In this document: one piece after another, positions 37,611 through 53,771 of the stretch | Position numbering within the stretch: position 1 is the first letter of the stretch | Layout of the letters: every line of letters starts with the position of its first letter | Source: Eledone cirrhosa | Taxonomy: Eukaryota | Reading direction: 5' to 3' | Length of the DNA stretch: 64,000 nucleotides | Assembly: GCA_964016885.1 (NCBI GenBank) | Contig: OZ024741.1 | Coordinates: 301,134,001-301,198,000, forward strand | Position numbers and translations under genes: made by a program | Notes under the pieces: model-generated | Told to the model about the DNA's origin: nothing | The model's database searches: none | What the model saw: the letters and a program-made list of their open reading frames with translations, nothing else

Positions 37611-38108
37611 TTAATTTTCTTTCTTCCTTTTCTTATTTTTGTTTCAGTAAAATGGAAAGGCATAAATAACAGAAAGTATAAGGTTCATATTTCGTTTAAA
37701 ATATGTAATTATAGTTATATATTTAAATCCTAATTTTACTGTCTATATGATCTGAATGTAGTGGAGTCTACAATTAGAATATTATTAAAATAATCTACTG
37801 GTGATTTCCTAATAAACTAACATTTTCAGCTGTTCTGTAGTGGTATTTTCCCATGGACTGTTAAGATATATTTGTTTGAATAAGATTTCACTAAATTATC
37901 ATCGACATTGTCAGTATTATTTTTTCAGTCGATGGAAAGAGACACTCCAAATCAATACAAAACAACTGAGAGTTATTCTGTTCTCATTATATTCTACTGA
38001 AGCAATACACGGTGTTTGAAATTCTATATTATGTATGTTAGAGAGAGAAGGGGGAGAGGGATACTTACATACACACACCTATATACATCTCTATATATAC
38101 ATATATGT

Positions 38109-38144
<36 letters not shown>

Positions 38145-38363
38145 TTAAGTATTTCCGTAGAAAAGGTAAAGGTATGATGAGAATGACTAAGCAGCCTTCG
38201 CTAGGGAGATCACTGCTTGCTTCACATGGCGAGGGGTCTAGAAAAGGTGGTCTAAATTTAAACAAAGCTCGTCTGTTACATCACCGAGTTCGCAAACCGC
38301 AGTCATCGGGCATCTTCTTATGCGGTCGAAAAACATCAAGGAGGAAAAGGTGCACATCCACAT

Positions 38364-38399
<36 letters not shown>

Positions 38400-38476
38400 C
38401 TTAAATATAGTGTAGGTAGTACGGTGAAATACTGGTGTTGGTACCAAATCAAGCAATCTATGCACTGGTATGATGT

Positions 38477-38765
38477 ATATAATAGAAAAAACGAGGAAAT
38501 TTCGTTTATATATGAAACATATTTATTGCGTATCGACCTGTTAAGCGCGTTTCGTAGAGGATTGGTTCAATGTGACTCATATGAGTTATGGACCCGACTC
38601 CAGTATCGATCTGCTCGTCGGACTGGTGATGTTACATCACCAGTCAGGTCCATAACTCCGATGGGTCACCTTGAGCCAACCCTCTGCGAAGCGCGCGTAA
38701 CAGGTCGATACGCAATAAATATTTTTCAGATGTAAACGAAACTCTCTCGTTTCTTCTATCATATA
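38477..38765. repeat. Foldback mini-element: hammerhead-bearing repeat plus partial inverted copy
   Basis: Imperfect arms around a perfect central hairpin gactggtgatgt-t-acatcaccagtc. Flanked by TA runs. Confidence 0.85.
38536..38627 (-). ncRNA. Degenerate hammerhead with extended stem II
   Basis: accagt CCGACGA gcaga..~55 nt..tctac GAAAC gcgc TTA acaggt. The opposite arm reads tctgc..cgcgcGTA, which restores stem II and the triplet. Confidence 0.62.
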
Positions 38766-41700
38766 TTATATATATATATTTATATATATTAAATACAATA
38801 AAATTAAACATTTAGAACATATAGAGGAAATAATAACTGGAAATACTTACCTTATAATAAATATATGATCGCTTTCTAATAGTCTTTTCGACTGAGTTAG
38901 ATTAAATGCACATACCTATAGCTCGTAACGTATGAAATCATAACTCTATATAATCTGAGACAACGATAACTAGTCAGAATATCAATGTCCTATCTACATC
39001 ACAGCTGTAAAACCTTAGCTAGTTCTCTGTATTCTGTCTGTATTTTGTGCTACTACACACATGTTAAGACAGATTGGCCTGTGTCAAGTGATCAAGCTTG
39101 GAAGCGATAGAGATCATGGCCATAAAGCCCACACCTGGCTCTCTGTTGCTGGTTTGCCTGACCAACGTCATGCTCTTGTAGGCTGCTTTCCTCTGGCAAG
39201 TGGACTTCATTAAGAGCAGCGATGTCAACATTCAGTCTTGACAAATGGTGTGCAATTAGAGTAGATTGGGGTACTGTAACTTTAAGTCAATTCACACCCT
39301 TGTATGTTAATGTGTACCTTTTCTTCCTCGATGTTTTTCAACCGCATAAGAAGATGCCTGATTACATGTGAAGGAAGCAGTGATCTCCCTAGCGAAGGCT
39401 GCTTGGTCATTCAGGGTGTGCCGAACGATGTCGTCGTCCCAGGGTCAACCTCAGACGACCAAACCCTTGTACTGCCTGGGTGGGAGTTGCTCACACATAG
39501 GATCTATTTTTGCTTGGTTTTTAAAGTTGGATGGGCGTACTATACCATCCATATTATCACAAGTGCATCTTATAGTGGCATCAGCACTACCACTTTACTG
39601 GATGGACTGGGTGAATTTTATAATAGTGATCTACCACTTTACAATTGTATACATTATTATGGCACTAACACTACCACTTTAAAACACTAGGACGCTCCTC
39701 GGGCAGACCAGAAAAAACAGTGGCGATACTGGGAAGCTATATGCTACTTGGCGACAGAGGAGGGCATACCAGAGCGGGTGATGGAAGGGAAGGCTAGGCG
39801 TTAGGTCGTTGAAGTGGCCTTGAAGAGAGCGACTGACTTTGGACATTTCATCAAGGACTGTACCAGTATTTCCATGGGCATGTTTTGGGCGAGGGAAAAC
39901 AGTCATTGTTGGTAAGGGTTGCTCAGAAGAGATTACTATTTCTACTAGTAATATAATAAACATGTAATATATCTTATCAGCTATTTGAGCATCGTATAAG
40001 ACATCATTAAATAATGTCGCTTGATATTCTAGATGTGCATTGCTCTTCAATGTGTTTGCTTCAATAAGTGTATGTTATGTGTGATTGTCTGTATTCAGCT
40101 TGTTGATGTTGCCTTTTGTGACAGGTCTCTTCCATTTGTCTATGAAATAACTTCAACTAATGATCCAGAAGAAGAAGAAACCTAGAATCGTTTTATCATT
40201 ACGGCACTAGAGTTCCACAAAATTTAATATAATTTACTGAATAATCACTCATAAAATTATGCTGACACTAAATTACACCACAGTTAAAATTTACTATTGT
40301 AACTGCTACAGATCACTTATCTCGGTCATGTTGCTAATATATAAGCAAGTTGTACCTTCCACCTTTGTCATTCTTATGAGACAAAATCGTATGCCTTGGT
40401 GAAATATATCAGTATATTTACATTATATTACTGCGCGGATTGGCAATATCGGTAGAGCGTCGGTCAATATGCTTTGCGGAATAGAGTTACGGCTGTTTAT
40501 GTTCTGAGTTCAAATCCCGCCGATGTTAGCTTTACCTTCCATCCTTACGGAGTCTACAAGATGAAGCACCAGTAATACACAGGAGTCGATTCAATTGAAA
40601 TTCCCCTCCCCTCAAATTGTTAGCCTTGTACTTAAATAAGACATTACATAACTGCGTTATAGTAGAATTATGAACCCCAAAATCCACCTTTCATGTAATG
40701 GCAGGTTACGAATATTCTTGATACACTGTTCCAACATGAAATACTATTACCGTAATATTCATTAAAGACACGTGTTTCAGGAAAATTCTGCAGGTTTATA
40801 ATGCATTTCAAATACTTGTGAGGAAGCAAACTACCACGCCAAATTGCAACAACGGACGTTTTTTCTATTTATTTTGACAAATTGCAATATACAAAATGAC
40901 ATATTAAGTACATTTTTCAGAAAACAATTTACATCAGATTTTATCACTAATAGGAAATATGTCTAAAACTGACCATCGAATGTGATTTGCACTTCACAGG
41001 AAATTAACGGAACAAACAAAAAATAATAATTGAATAAACAAATAATGCTTTACTTCTCTAGATACTTATATGTAATTTCCTTTTTTTATTAATTTCACAG
41101 AAATATCGTATATTTGCAATCATATAATAAAAATGTGGTTACTTCTTTTCATTATGATTTCACATAAACATTTCGTAAACTGTTCTGTATTTCAATTGAT
41201 GCAGTAAGCATGTATGAAACATTCAAAAGAGATCATGAAACTGTTCAGATACATTTACGCACAACATAAAATGCGACTCTACCTACACATTAAAAAATAT
41301 TTCTTACAGGGAATTCCACTCCTATATTAACAATAATGGTTCAGTGCATTGCTGGAATAATGAAAGAGAAAAATCGTACGCTTCTGTAATGCAACTTCAG
41401 AACTAAGCAAACCATTGATACATTGACAACCACAAAAGATTTACAATCCTCCTCGTCTATCCTCCAGTGACATTTGGATAAAATTATTATTAATATGAAT
41501 TTAAAAGCACCAAAACAGTTATCCATAAAATATGTTATTCGTAAAATATGTGCAGCTATTTTGTTTTAAAAATATTCAATTTAGCTTAAGGAGAAAATAT
41601 AAATGTTTCACCTACATAAAATATTAATGATGCATGATGTACCACATATGGGCGTAAACGCATAAATATGAACCTAAAATGAAAGCTGCGGACCTGATTC

Positions 41701-42433
41701 AGCATAGCAAGAAATATAAACGTAGGTTTCAGTTAAAAACTGAAAACATTAATTTTCACCATAGGGAAAGCCACAAAACGAAATATGGAGCCAGTTGATA
41801 TATTATGGGGATACACCTGTGACAAATAAGAGCATTAAATGCAGAACAACTCTGAAATTCTTACTGATTAAATTGACAATACAAATAACCCACTATATAA
41901 AATGTAATTAGAACAATTATTGCTTCAATCCATTGAATTCTATGTAACTATTAATCTCTCAACGTCAGTGTTGACAAACGTTTGAATATTAAATATACAC
42001 ACACAGACAACACTTCAGCTAAATATATATTCCGGCAAGTATTATTCGAATTTGTGCAGCGGGAATGACAAGAGAAGAAAAATATAAGGCACGGCGATCT
42101 AGAATACTTCAATTATAACGGTAGTAAACTTAGCAATGATAATTGTAGTTATTTCAACATGAGCCACTAAATGAGTAATGCTTACGTTATATAACTGAAT
42201 AATAGGAGGTAAAGTCGAATGAAATGTCAGAATGTTAACACTGAATATATCATGAAATAACTAAACATGCTAAAGCTAAATAGTTTTATAACCGAGCTTA
42301 ATATGTACAGTATTGCATTTCATAGATTATTTATGCCATTTGTAGTCCTGCCTAATGCTGCTTTCTTGTTCTGTGTGTTTAGCCAAATAAACACTTGGTT
42401 AAACACTAAAATTAATCAATCTATTGTTACGAG

Positions 42434-42491
<58 letters not shown>

Positions 42492-42574
42492 GGTACCCCT
42501 CAAATGTATGCACTATTATAATAAATATTGCCTGTACAGGTAGTAAAAGTGCGTATATGTTTTGGGGACATCCT

Positions 42575-44026
<1,452 letters not shown>

Positions 44027-47000
44027 TTTCCAGGTCTGTGCGCCTAACTTCTGCATGAACCCAGCCACATAGCTGCTTTCCACTGCATATTGCACATTGA
44101 ACACATGCCTTTACGCTTTGGCTTCTAACTAATTCACCAATCTCTCCTCTCCTATCTCCATCTCTCTCTTTAAGATTCGTTACTCTTGAACTGTATATAT
44201 ATATATATAATGATTTCCTTATCCGTAACCGTTCCCCACTTTAAATATGTACGGCGAGGTGGACCTGCCAGTTTTCTGGGCTTCGTAGGCATTAGGTAGT
44301 CTCAAGTTGGAGATAACTAGATCGTGATCAGTTGGCAGCTCAGCACTTCTCTTACCATGAACACCCACCACAAAATCGAAGATATCAGAAACATTAGAAA
44401 AATCAATTATTGATCTCTTTCATCGACTCCCCTCATACCAGTTGTATTCATGGATGTCTTGCGCTGGAAGAAGGTGTTCATAATAGAGAACTTATTACTT
44501 GAACATTTACGAAAGAAAAATCCTGACTTACTCGCTTTCGACGCAGAAAGTACAGAATCCCACCCTTATAAAACGCTAATCATAGAGCATGTGTAAAACA
44601 ATCTCCATCTTAAAAAATATCACAACTTGCAACCATCACAAAATAGACGAAAAACTCCAATTACACTAACATATTAAATCTTAAAACACTGCAAAGATAG
44701 TGTAGGATACAAACATTATTTTATGCAGTTTCAAATGATTCTGCATTAAAAACTTATAAAAATATTTTTTTTAAATCACGGTAATAATGTGATGTTGAAT
44801 ATGAATCGTAACATTATATTATTTGAAGCATAAAAATATTCGATAGAAATGATCAAAGCAACTGCAGAAAACAATCAATTCCGCAATTCAGGTTTTGCTG
44901 TCGTTATTTATTTTGAAAGCCAACCAGAAATAGGCACTTTAGGTTCCTTTGAAACTTGATTATAACGGAGCAAGTACTGCAAAGTGATAAACTCTCTCAT
45001 TCAATGTAGAATCACAAATATTCATTTCAACTCCATTTACAACTTCATTTACATAACTCAAGCTAATATATTTCTGCTTTTATTTCTTTCTTTTAAGATG
45101 TAATTCTTCATTGCAATAGTATGTTTCATAGTCAAATGTTTTCAATTTAAAAAAAAAGATATCCGAATTTCAAATGCATCATAGTAAAGTAAAGAATATT
45201 TTTGTTATAATCAGTCAATATTAACATGATAGTAATTCTACTGAGAAGTTGTATTTGATGAGGTTTTCACTGTCTTTCATTTCTTTATATGCTGGAGAAT
45301 TTATTGGCATTTACAGCACCACATGATAAGCATTAGCAAATTGATTTTACTATGAGAGAAATACATTTCCTGGCTGTAAACACAATTCAATTGGAAACAT
45401 ACAATATCCTACCATTCATACAGAAAAAGAAAACCAATATATTTTCTCATCATTTTTCTTCTTTTGTTAGTTATTCATTGCGTTGAAAACAGCGAGGAGC
45501 TTATCAATTTTCTGTAAACAAATATATATATATATATATTTTGCATAAACTTATATTCTGCTTAAACGCAAATTAATCGAGAGCTACGATTGGCAATTCG
45601 ATTTACTCTATATCCTCTACATGTCACGTATTGCACTATCGCTACCGTATATAAAACGTGTAAATATTATGTTAGGTATAAAATATGCTGTTTTGACAAA
45701 ACAGTGATCGTAGTTAATTATAAATTATACCACAAAAGTATTCGTTTGTATTCCTTCTTAGATGATATTTTTTTTACTACAAACACTTACAAGCACTAAA
45801 TTATAATATGGATTTCCTCAATATGAGAACCTGATCTATGTACAGCACACATTGATAGTGGCAAAATGTGTGTGTCCTCATAATTAGTGGATCGACTTCG
45901 ATTAGAAAGTTAGTAGCACAAAATATTTTAATGTTATACCATGAAAACATTCTGTACACCATTTGTATATAACCAACGTATCTTCTTGTATTTATACCAC
46001 TGTAAAATGCCAATAAATTAATAGGAAATAACCATAAATTATGCCACTTATTTTCGGTTACAACGAAGTCGTACGTTCACCGTTCTGTAGAATATGAAAC
46101 CCGAATGAATATATCCAATATCAAATGAGTGAGGCTAAAAACTGAAAACTTGATGTTACCAACAAGTTTCTTTTTACTATGACATTATCTCGTTACAGTG
46201 CTATATTCGTTGCACATTTATTTTATAAGTTGACCGAGCTCCGTAAAATCAGTCAGCAGCCCATCTGAGGAAGGAGCTCTGGGTTGTAGGGTGGCTGTTG
46301 CAGCGGCTGTCACTGGCCTTTGAAGATCTATTCGTGGGGCGCTGTCGAAATAGCGACCCGACCTAAACGGAGAGCCTATCACCTCTCCCCTTTCATCTCT
46401 CTTTCTTCCGTGGCCTAATAGTCCTTGCGCTTTCCCTCATTTTCTTCTCATTTATGGCATTTATAACCCTTTCCTCTACTTCCCTATACAGCCAGGTGTC
46501 CCCTTCTTTACCCTTTCCCCTTTCTTTCATTATTTACATAATCAAATATGAAAACTTAAATAATGTATTGTAGATATAAATTTTAATAAATATTTCTTAA
46601 CTTTTAAAATTCACTGTAAGTTAAGAAATGTAAGAAACAAAATGCAAACTCAATAGGAATCCGCTATAAGCGAAATCGTGTGTATTAAATTTCAAACACA
46701 AAATGAAATGATTGGCATATATATGGAATAAAATATTTGACATATCGGTGACCATTATTTGTACCTTGCAGAATTTTTTAATATACAAGGATTGCCAATA
46801 TATTCATAATATTTAACGAACTAGCAGCACTGAGAAAAAAATGCATCAAATAGCCGAAGAAGTCAGTTGAAATCTTTGATCTATTGAAATTTTAATAATG
46901 AGAAAACTACCAATAGCTTTCATAGTAATCACTGTCAAAGCAGACAAGGAAAATAACTAGAGAAATTTCATTTTATTGAATATTCGTTAGAGTTATAGAG

Positions 47001-47460
47001 AGTTGTTAGATACTTTATAACAAGTGTTAAGACGCCAGAGTGACTAGACTTTATATGCAAATAATTCGCTGATTAGTCAATTGAAAATCATACATGTGGA
47101 AAATTGTTCGTAAGTTCATTCTCTGTGAAGAAATTTAGTTACTTGCACGCTGACGAAAATAAATTTCAATCAATTGTAATTATAATCGCAATGACAATAT
47201 GTATAATTATTCTTAATGAAATGTGTAGTTAAAAGAACAATGGCAAGCATCCTCAGATATTTTATAACGGAACTTTGATTTAGAAATGCTAATTCCTTTT
47301 CGAGTATGTTAATGCTCATATTTTACATAAAAACAATCAGATGCTATACAACACATGCCTATCCTAAGTGCGGTTCGTGCTTAGAAATATATCAATGCGA
47401 GAAAAGAAATAGCTCAAAGTTAAGGGAAAACTTGTTATGTCTACTCTATGACGCTCTAAT

Positions 47461-48328
47461 TACGACGTGTGTCAGAAAAGTAACATGACTTCGTGTGCTG
47501 TGTGAACTTTGAGTGGGGTAGGGGTTAGCGGGTTGCGTAACCGTGTGACGTAATAACCACGGAGTATATAATTGAAATCTCAGCTCTCTGCGGCCATTGC
47601 CCGTTTTTTCATGTGCTTTTGTTAATAGTTCCTCCATTTTAGGCCGTCGATCGATGGACACAGAACAACGAACCAACCTCAAGTTTCTGGTCCGGATGAG
47701 GAAAAACTCCGTCAAAAGCACCCAGAATACTGTAGCAAGTGTATGGATGTGAGACGATCTCGTACTCACGGGTTTGCGAGTGGCACAAAAGGTTCAAAGA
47801 GGGACGAGAGGGCGTAGAAAACGACCCCAGGTGCGGAAGGTCTTCAATGAACAGGACTGAGGCCAACTTTGAGCAAGTGACGCAAGTGGTGTGTGGCGAT
47901 CGTCGGCTGATTGTTTGGCTGATGGCAAGTTGGCTGGGCATCAATCACGAGATCGTTTGGAAGATCATCACCGAAGATTTGGGCATGCGGAAAACAGCGC
48001 GAAGATGCTGCCGAGGCTGCTGAAATATGACCAGAAGGAGAAGCTCATGCAGGTGTGTCGGGACATCCCCGAGCGACTCGAAACTAAGCCAGACATTTTC
48101 CTTTTCTCCAAACTCAAGAAGGTTGTCAAGGGGATACGTTTTCCGGGCGTGGAAACTCTCAAAAGGGCCATGACGACGGAGCTCCAGAGAATGACGGGAA
48201 ATGCGTTAGACTTGAGGGGGATTATTTCTAAAAAGAAAATTTGTAGTTTATAGTTTGGATTTGAAATATATATATTCTTTTCTTTTTTTTCCGACCCCAG
48301 TCTTGTTTCTTTTCTGGCAGACATACTA
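47461..48328 (+). mobile_element. Internally deleted mariner element
   Basis: TIRs tacgacgtgtgtcagaaaagtaacatgact / agtcttgtttcttttctggcagacatacta. HTH region EQRTNLKF..YGCETISYSRVCEWHKRFKEGRE..DDPR-like, C-terminal DIFLFSKLK. Most of the catalytic core is missing. Confidence 0.9.
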
Positions 48329-48779
48329 CAAAAAATACTATTATTGTTAACCGTCAATGCTCGACTATCCAATATCTAAATATATTTCAGAGACAGAGTA
48401 TACTCATTTAAATTTAGTAGTGTGGTAGCAGCAATAATCGAACAAATGGATTAGGGTTATCAATTAATAAATCAATTAATAAATAATTGTTTCTACTTTT
48501 GGCACAAGGCCAGCAATTTCCCAGTGTATTACTGGTACTTTATTTTATCGACCCCGTAAGGATGAAAGGCAAAGTTAACCTCGGCGGGATTTGAACTCAA
48601 TTAATAAATAATATTAATATATACGCGAATCAACACTTGTTTCACTAATGCCAAAGTGTTACTTGCAGTTATGTAAATAAGTGCATAATCTAATGGTCAT
48701 TTGCATAATAATTCCCGACAGAACTGTACTGCTAGAGAAAGGGTTCCTGTACCGCATAGTGATACGGCCACTAGATATG

Positions 48780-51112
48780 ATTAGTTGCGATATAAATGGG
48801 TGCCTGTCGGACGAATAAACAACCCCGAACCAATAACAGTAAAATACTAGGGTAGATGGAGCAATGGGGAACACTGTTAATTCTGAATAAAACTCTCGCA
48901 ATCCAAATATGTAGCTACGACGAGGCGAGTAAAGGCCGCCTCTAAAAAAACCCTACTCTTCGCGGGTCTGAGAAAGGTAACAAATTGGTGATTGGTGTGA
49001 ATGAGAGTACCAAAACATTACAATATGACTGGAAACCATAAAGACATCCATACTACATCGTCCTTCGTGCGAGATTACAAGGGTCGAGTTTTTGTTTAAG
49101 TAGAGGGTCCTGTTTGAAAAATATATTGCGGTCTCCATCCAACGCTTGCAAGTACTGCCGCTAGGCCTGCGACCTGTTCTGGGAGGCGTGGGATGGAAAC
49201 ACAAAGGTTATGTATCCCAAGACCCAAAAGACGGGAGCAAAACTTGACATTTGGTAACTGAAACATTACAACTCTTACAGTCAAAGAGCAGAAACCAGTG
49301 GAGGAGGTGAGATGCTACCTGCTAGATATAGCCGAAATTTGCTCTACAAAGTTACGTGGATCTTCTACTGTAGATTTGGATGGATAATGAAAACTTATCT
49401 ATTCAGGTGTGGCACGGGGAAAGACTGCGAAGGCGGGAATGGAGATGCTCACAAGCCACCGGCTGTCAGAATGTGTTATGGACTGGATCCCATTGGGATG
49501 GAAGATTTGACACATGAAGCTTAGGAAGATCAGTGAACCCGAATACAGACACTTGCTTGACGAATTCACTGCAGCGTTAGATGTAGTTAGGATTAAGCAC
49601 ATATTGGTACTGGTTACCTGATACAGATATGAGTGATATGAAGGAACGGTGATCCCGCTCAATACACGATTGTAGAGGACTTCTTAGACTTCTGTTTCTA
49701 TTAATGGACTATCTATTATGAACACTTTCTTCCAGCACAGAGACATCCATAAAAAAGCATATGGTATAAGGGGAATAGGAGACAGATATCAATAATTGAT
49801 TTTGTTATTTCTCTGATCTTATCCATTCTGTGCCGGATTTTGGTGTTAAGAGCGGGCTAAGCTATCATGTAATCACTATCTAGTTATCTGTAAACTACCT
49901 AAAGACAAGAAGACTCGCAAAACTTGCAGGTCCAGCTCGACCTACATTGCAAAGTTGGAAGCGCTGGAAGTTAGGAACAGGTTTACGGATATTATTACAT
50001 CCAAATTACGGCGGTGGATTGGCAGTATCGGTAGAGGGTCGGACGCCATGCTTTGCAGCAAAGAGTTACGGCCCTTTATGGTCTGAGTTCAAATCCCGCC
50101 GAGGTTAACTTTGCTTGTCATCCTTATGGGGTCGATAAAATAAAGTACCAGTAACGCACTGGATAATTGCTGGTCTTGTGCCAACAGTAGAAATAATTAT
50201 TACATCCAAATTGTTTCTACTTTTAACACAAGGCCAACAATTATCCCAGTGCATTACTGGTACTTTATTTTATCAATCCTATAGGGATGAAAGGCAAAGT
50301 TAACCTCGGAGGGACTTGAACTTGGACGGTAAAGGCCCGTAACTCTGCAGTATAGCGTTATGGCCCTTTACGGTCTGAGTTCAAATCCCGACGAGGTTAA
50401 CTTTGCATTTCATTCCTATGGGGTCTATAAAATAAAGCACCAGTAATGCACTGGGATAATTGCTCGCTTTGTGCAAAAAATAGAAACAATTATTACTCCA
50501 AATCAGAGAAGTCGCTGAACAATCTGATGATATTGAAACGGAATAAATAATGTTCAGCATGCCAGTTTCTCATTCAACTGTTAAATGCAGTGAGCGAAAT
50601 CTGCTTGGTGTAGCGCCGGGTGGAAGAAGGACTACTTGGTTCAATCAAGTGGTCAAAGATGCCATCTGAACAAGGAAGGAAGCTTACAAAGATTGGCTTC
50701 GAAATAACTCCTCCTTGTACTTGCGGTAGATGCAGGCTCGAAACGTCACAGGAGAGCGAGCAAGGTCTTTGGACTTAAGCGGAATCCGACTTCTGATCAG
50801 CAAATAATGTCTTTTGCCAAACCATCTGCCGACTTGGTAATAAGAAATCCACACCTGCTATCAGGAACGCATCTAGCATTCACCTCTTTTCAGAGAGATC
50901 CATACTCGCGAGGTGGAGACAATATTTTACTGAACTAAACCCGGTTACTTCAGCATCTTCTGATATACCCACCATGTATCTGGGAGCGATGACTAACCTC
51001 TTAGAGGCCAAGGTCACAAGAGCAATTAAAGAGCTCAATGTGTTAAGGCCATTAAGACCGTTATTAAACGCCTTAAATAGAAATGGTATTTTCTGGCTGA
51101 CTTATATGTGCC
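48780..51112 (+). mobile_element. Decayed RTE-like LINE (APE + linker) interrupted by three SINEs
   Basis: LTFGN*NITTL, NTFFQHRDIHK, IIDFVI..WFNQVVKDAI. Confidence 0.7.
50010..50492. mobile_element. SINE trimer in +/-/+ orientation
   Basis: Full-length plus copy 50010-50200, minus copy 50209-50345, plus copy 50350-50492. The flank attattac(a)tccaaat is repeated three times. Confidence 0.88.
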
Positions 51113-53212
51113 AGAAGAAGAATTATCAGATTTATAAATAGGAATTTTCATGACTAATTTCTGAATGTTAAATGATTGCAAAATATAATCAATTCTTAGA
51201 TAAATTTTCTTTTATATCTCGTCACAACGAAACAAAATAATTAAAGAGAAAATAAATAACTATTGCAAAACCTTGCTTTTAAATAAAACACTTTTTGGCG
51301 AATCTCAAAGGATTCAACAATCTTTTATACTAATTAGTTTAATTATTTTTCTTTTTGTTGTTTTAAAGCACTTATATTTGGTCCAAATCGATTTATGTCT
51401 TTTCTAAACATTTGCTTGAATGGTGGAATTATAAACATCACTCAATACGGCAAAAAATGTAAATTTGATTTAATTGCTCAATCTCAGATATATAATGATA
51501 AAATGTCATTTTGTTTTAAATATTAGATTATATAGAAAATTTATATAACATTATTACTGGGAAAAGCATAAAAAGATAACAAAGCAAAGAAAATCTGATC
51601 ATGTGAAATGAGTTAGATTGTAAACATTTTCTTTCGGGAATTTATGTCTCTGTTAGGTAATAAGAAAGTAAAAGAAGAAAAAAAAATCGAACAGCCGCTT
51701 ACGATATTTCTCACGTTTCTCTCTGAGAACTCCCCGTTATAATGGATGGCAAATCCGAAAGTATTTGTGATCACAAAATTTGCTAAGCTAACTTCCTATC
51801 GTTCTCACTTTTTTACTTTACTTCACTGCGTTCTTTTCTCCTACTTTCTTATTACCTTGGAATTTTTACCAAACATGCATAGCCAGGCTTCCAAATAACC
51901 ATCTTATTTCTTATTTATAGTTGTATCTTATATTTCTGTGTTTGTAATAGTTATAGACATGTTAATCACATATTATTTGGGGCAACCTATTGTGATTAGA
52001 AAAAGTAATTTTTTTTATATAGATAATATCATCCCATTTTACTTTAATTCAACGTGTGAATAATTCAACTGGGTATTATTCATATACAGATACCCCAAGC
52101 CTAAAGACTTGTTTCCATTAAATTACATATTATATAACTAACATCAGCCGTACAGAGGCCAGAAAATATTATACATTATACATGAGACCAGTTAGCACTG
52201 TGTCGTCAAAAATGACGTCTAATTGTAGTATTTTATATATGAAAAGCTACGTTTTTAGTTTCATAATTCTTTTATACAAATTATTTTGTGGATAAACTAC
52301 CTGGATAAACATAGATAATATCTTGTTGTACATAAATATATATTTATATGTGTGAGTATATAAATATAAGCAGAGAAACACATAAATTTATATAAGTATA
52401 AATATATTCACACAAATACTCATATACTCACACAAACATACAAACACTAACACAATAAATGTTTCTACTTTTGGCACAAGGCTAGCAATTACCCCAGTGT
52501 ATTACTGGTGCTTTATTTTATCGACCACGTAAGGATGAAAGGCAAAGTTAATCTCAGCTGGATTTGAACGAAGAATGGAAAGAGCCGTAATTCTATGCGT
52601 CCGATCCTCTACCGATACTGCCAATCTACAATAATTGTTTCTACTTTTGGCACAAGGCCAACAATTACCCAGTGCATTACTGCCAGTCCACAATGTGTGG
52701 CCAATTCACTAGATATACATACGTTAGTCTAGAGAATCTTAGAAGGTTGGTCACTGTTTTCTATAGTTTTATCACCACCCAATTTCTTCCTCAGTCACAT
52801 AGACATATTCGCTATTGTTGATATCTAAAGTTCAAGAGAAGAATATCTAAAACCAATAGTAAGGAGTCTGTACTTTTGATTATATTTTCATTTATTTCTT
52901 TACGTTCATAGAAGATAGAAAACTGCTGCGGTTGAATAACAAATTTTTCGTAACAATTTGTTATTTAATATTTTTTGTATTTGTTGCTCAGGTCGGTTAT
53001 TTTTTTTTTTTTTTTTTTGCAAAGAATCAGTCCACATTTCTTATCCTGTGTGCAGCTTAGGGCAATAAGTCTCGCGCCTAGAAATGGTCGCTTTCAGTTA
53101 CATTTTCATAAATCAGGCAGTTTCTGGCAAGGTCATTGCTATTTCAAAATCCTTGGGATTGATTAAATTTACTTCAATATCCAGAGAAAGAAAAAGCAAA
53201 TATATAAATTAA

Positions 53213-53396
53213 ATGAGACGGTTGCTTCTGACAAGACCCGCTGGAAGGTGTGTTCAAGGACGTAGCCCCTACGGCCCTAACCTTCTCGGGAAGGATTTCC
53301 GCGGAGGAAGAAGAAGAAGAAGAAGAAGAAGAAGAAGAAGAAGAAGAAGAAGAAGAAGAAGAAGAAGAAGAAGAAGAAGAAGAAGAAGAAGAAGAA
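53213..53396 (+). mobile_element. RTE-like LINE 3' tip with (GAA)n tail
   Basis: gagacggttgcttctgaca..ctggaa matches the reverse complement of 23514-23544. Confidence 0.7.
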
Positions 53397-53580
53397 ATAT
53401 ATGCACTTATTATTTATGGATACGACAAAAATTACTCAATAGCACAGTAGTAGAGATCAATGGTTTCTTTAAGAATTGTTACTCTGGATTTTATGGCCTT
53501 AATATAAAAACGTTTCTCGCTCATATATATATATATATAAGAAAGTAAGGTTTTTCAAAATGTTTCACACGGGTAAAGAT

Positions 53581-53734
53581 ATAAGGAAAAGAAATTGAAA
53601 ATGCAACTGGAGTCTTTTAAGAATATTTATTTACTTTACCGGTTTCACAGTGATTATGATTTTCAAAAGTTAAAATGGAGATAGAGAGGTTTGTGTTTCT
53701 TAAAAGACTCCAGTTGAATTTTCAATTTATTTTC

Positions 53735-53740
<6 letters not shown>
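53581..53740. repeat. Small foldback carrying a degenerate hammerhead-like motif (53633-53670, minus)
   Basis: ~43-bp inverted arms. Minus strand reads actt TTGAAAA tcata-atcac-tgt GAAAC cg GTA aagt, then AATAAA. Confidence 0.6.

Positions 53741-53764
<24 letters not shown>

Positions 53765-53771
<7 letters not shown>

Noticed and set aside
38262-38312. Minus-strand CCGATGA..GAAC motif in the repeat shared with 39315-39412
   Set aside because: Lacks GAAA/UH and stem I pairing.
50010-50100. tRNA gene
   Set aside because: The A/B boxes belong to a SINE head; no cloverleaf.
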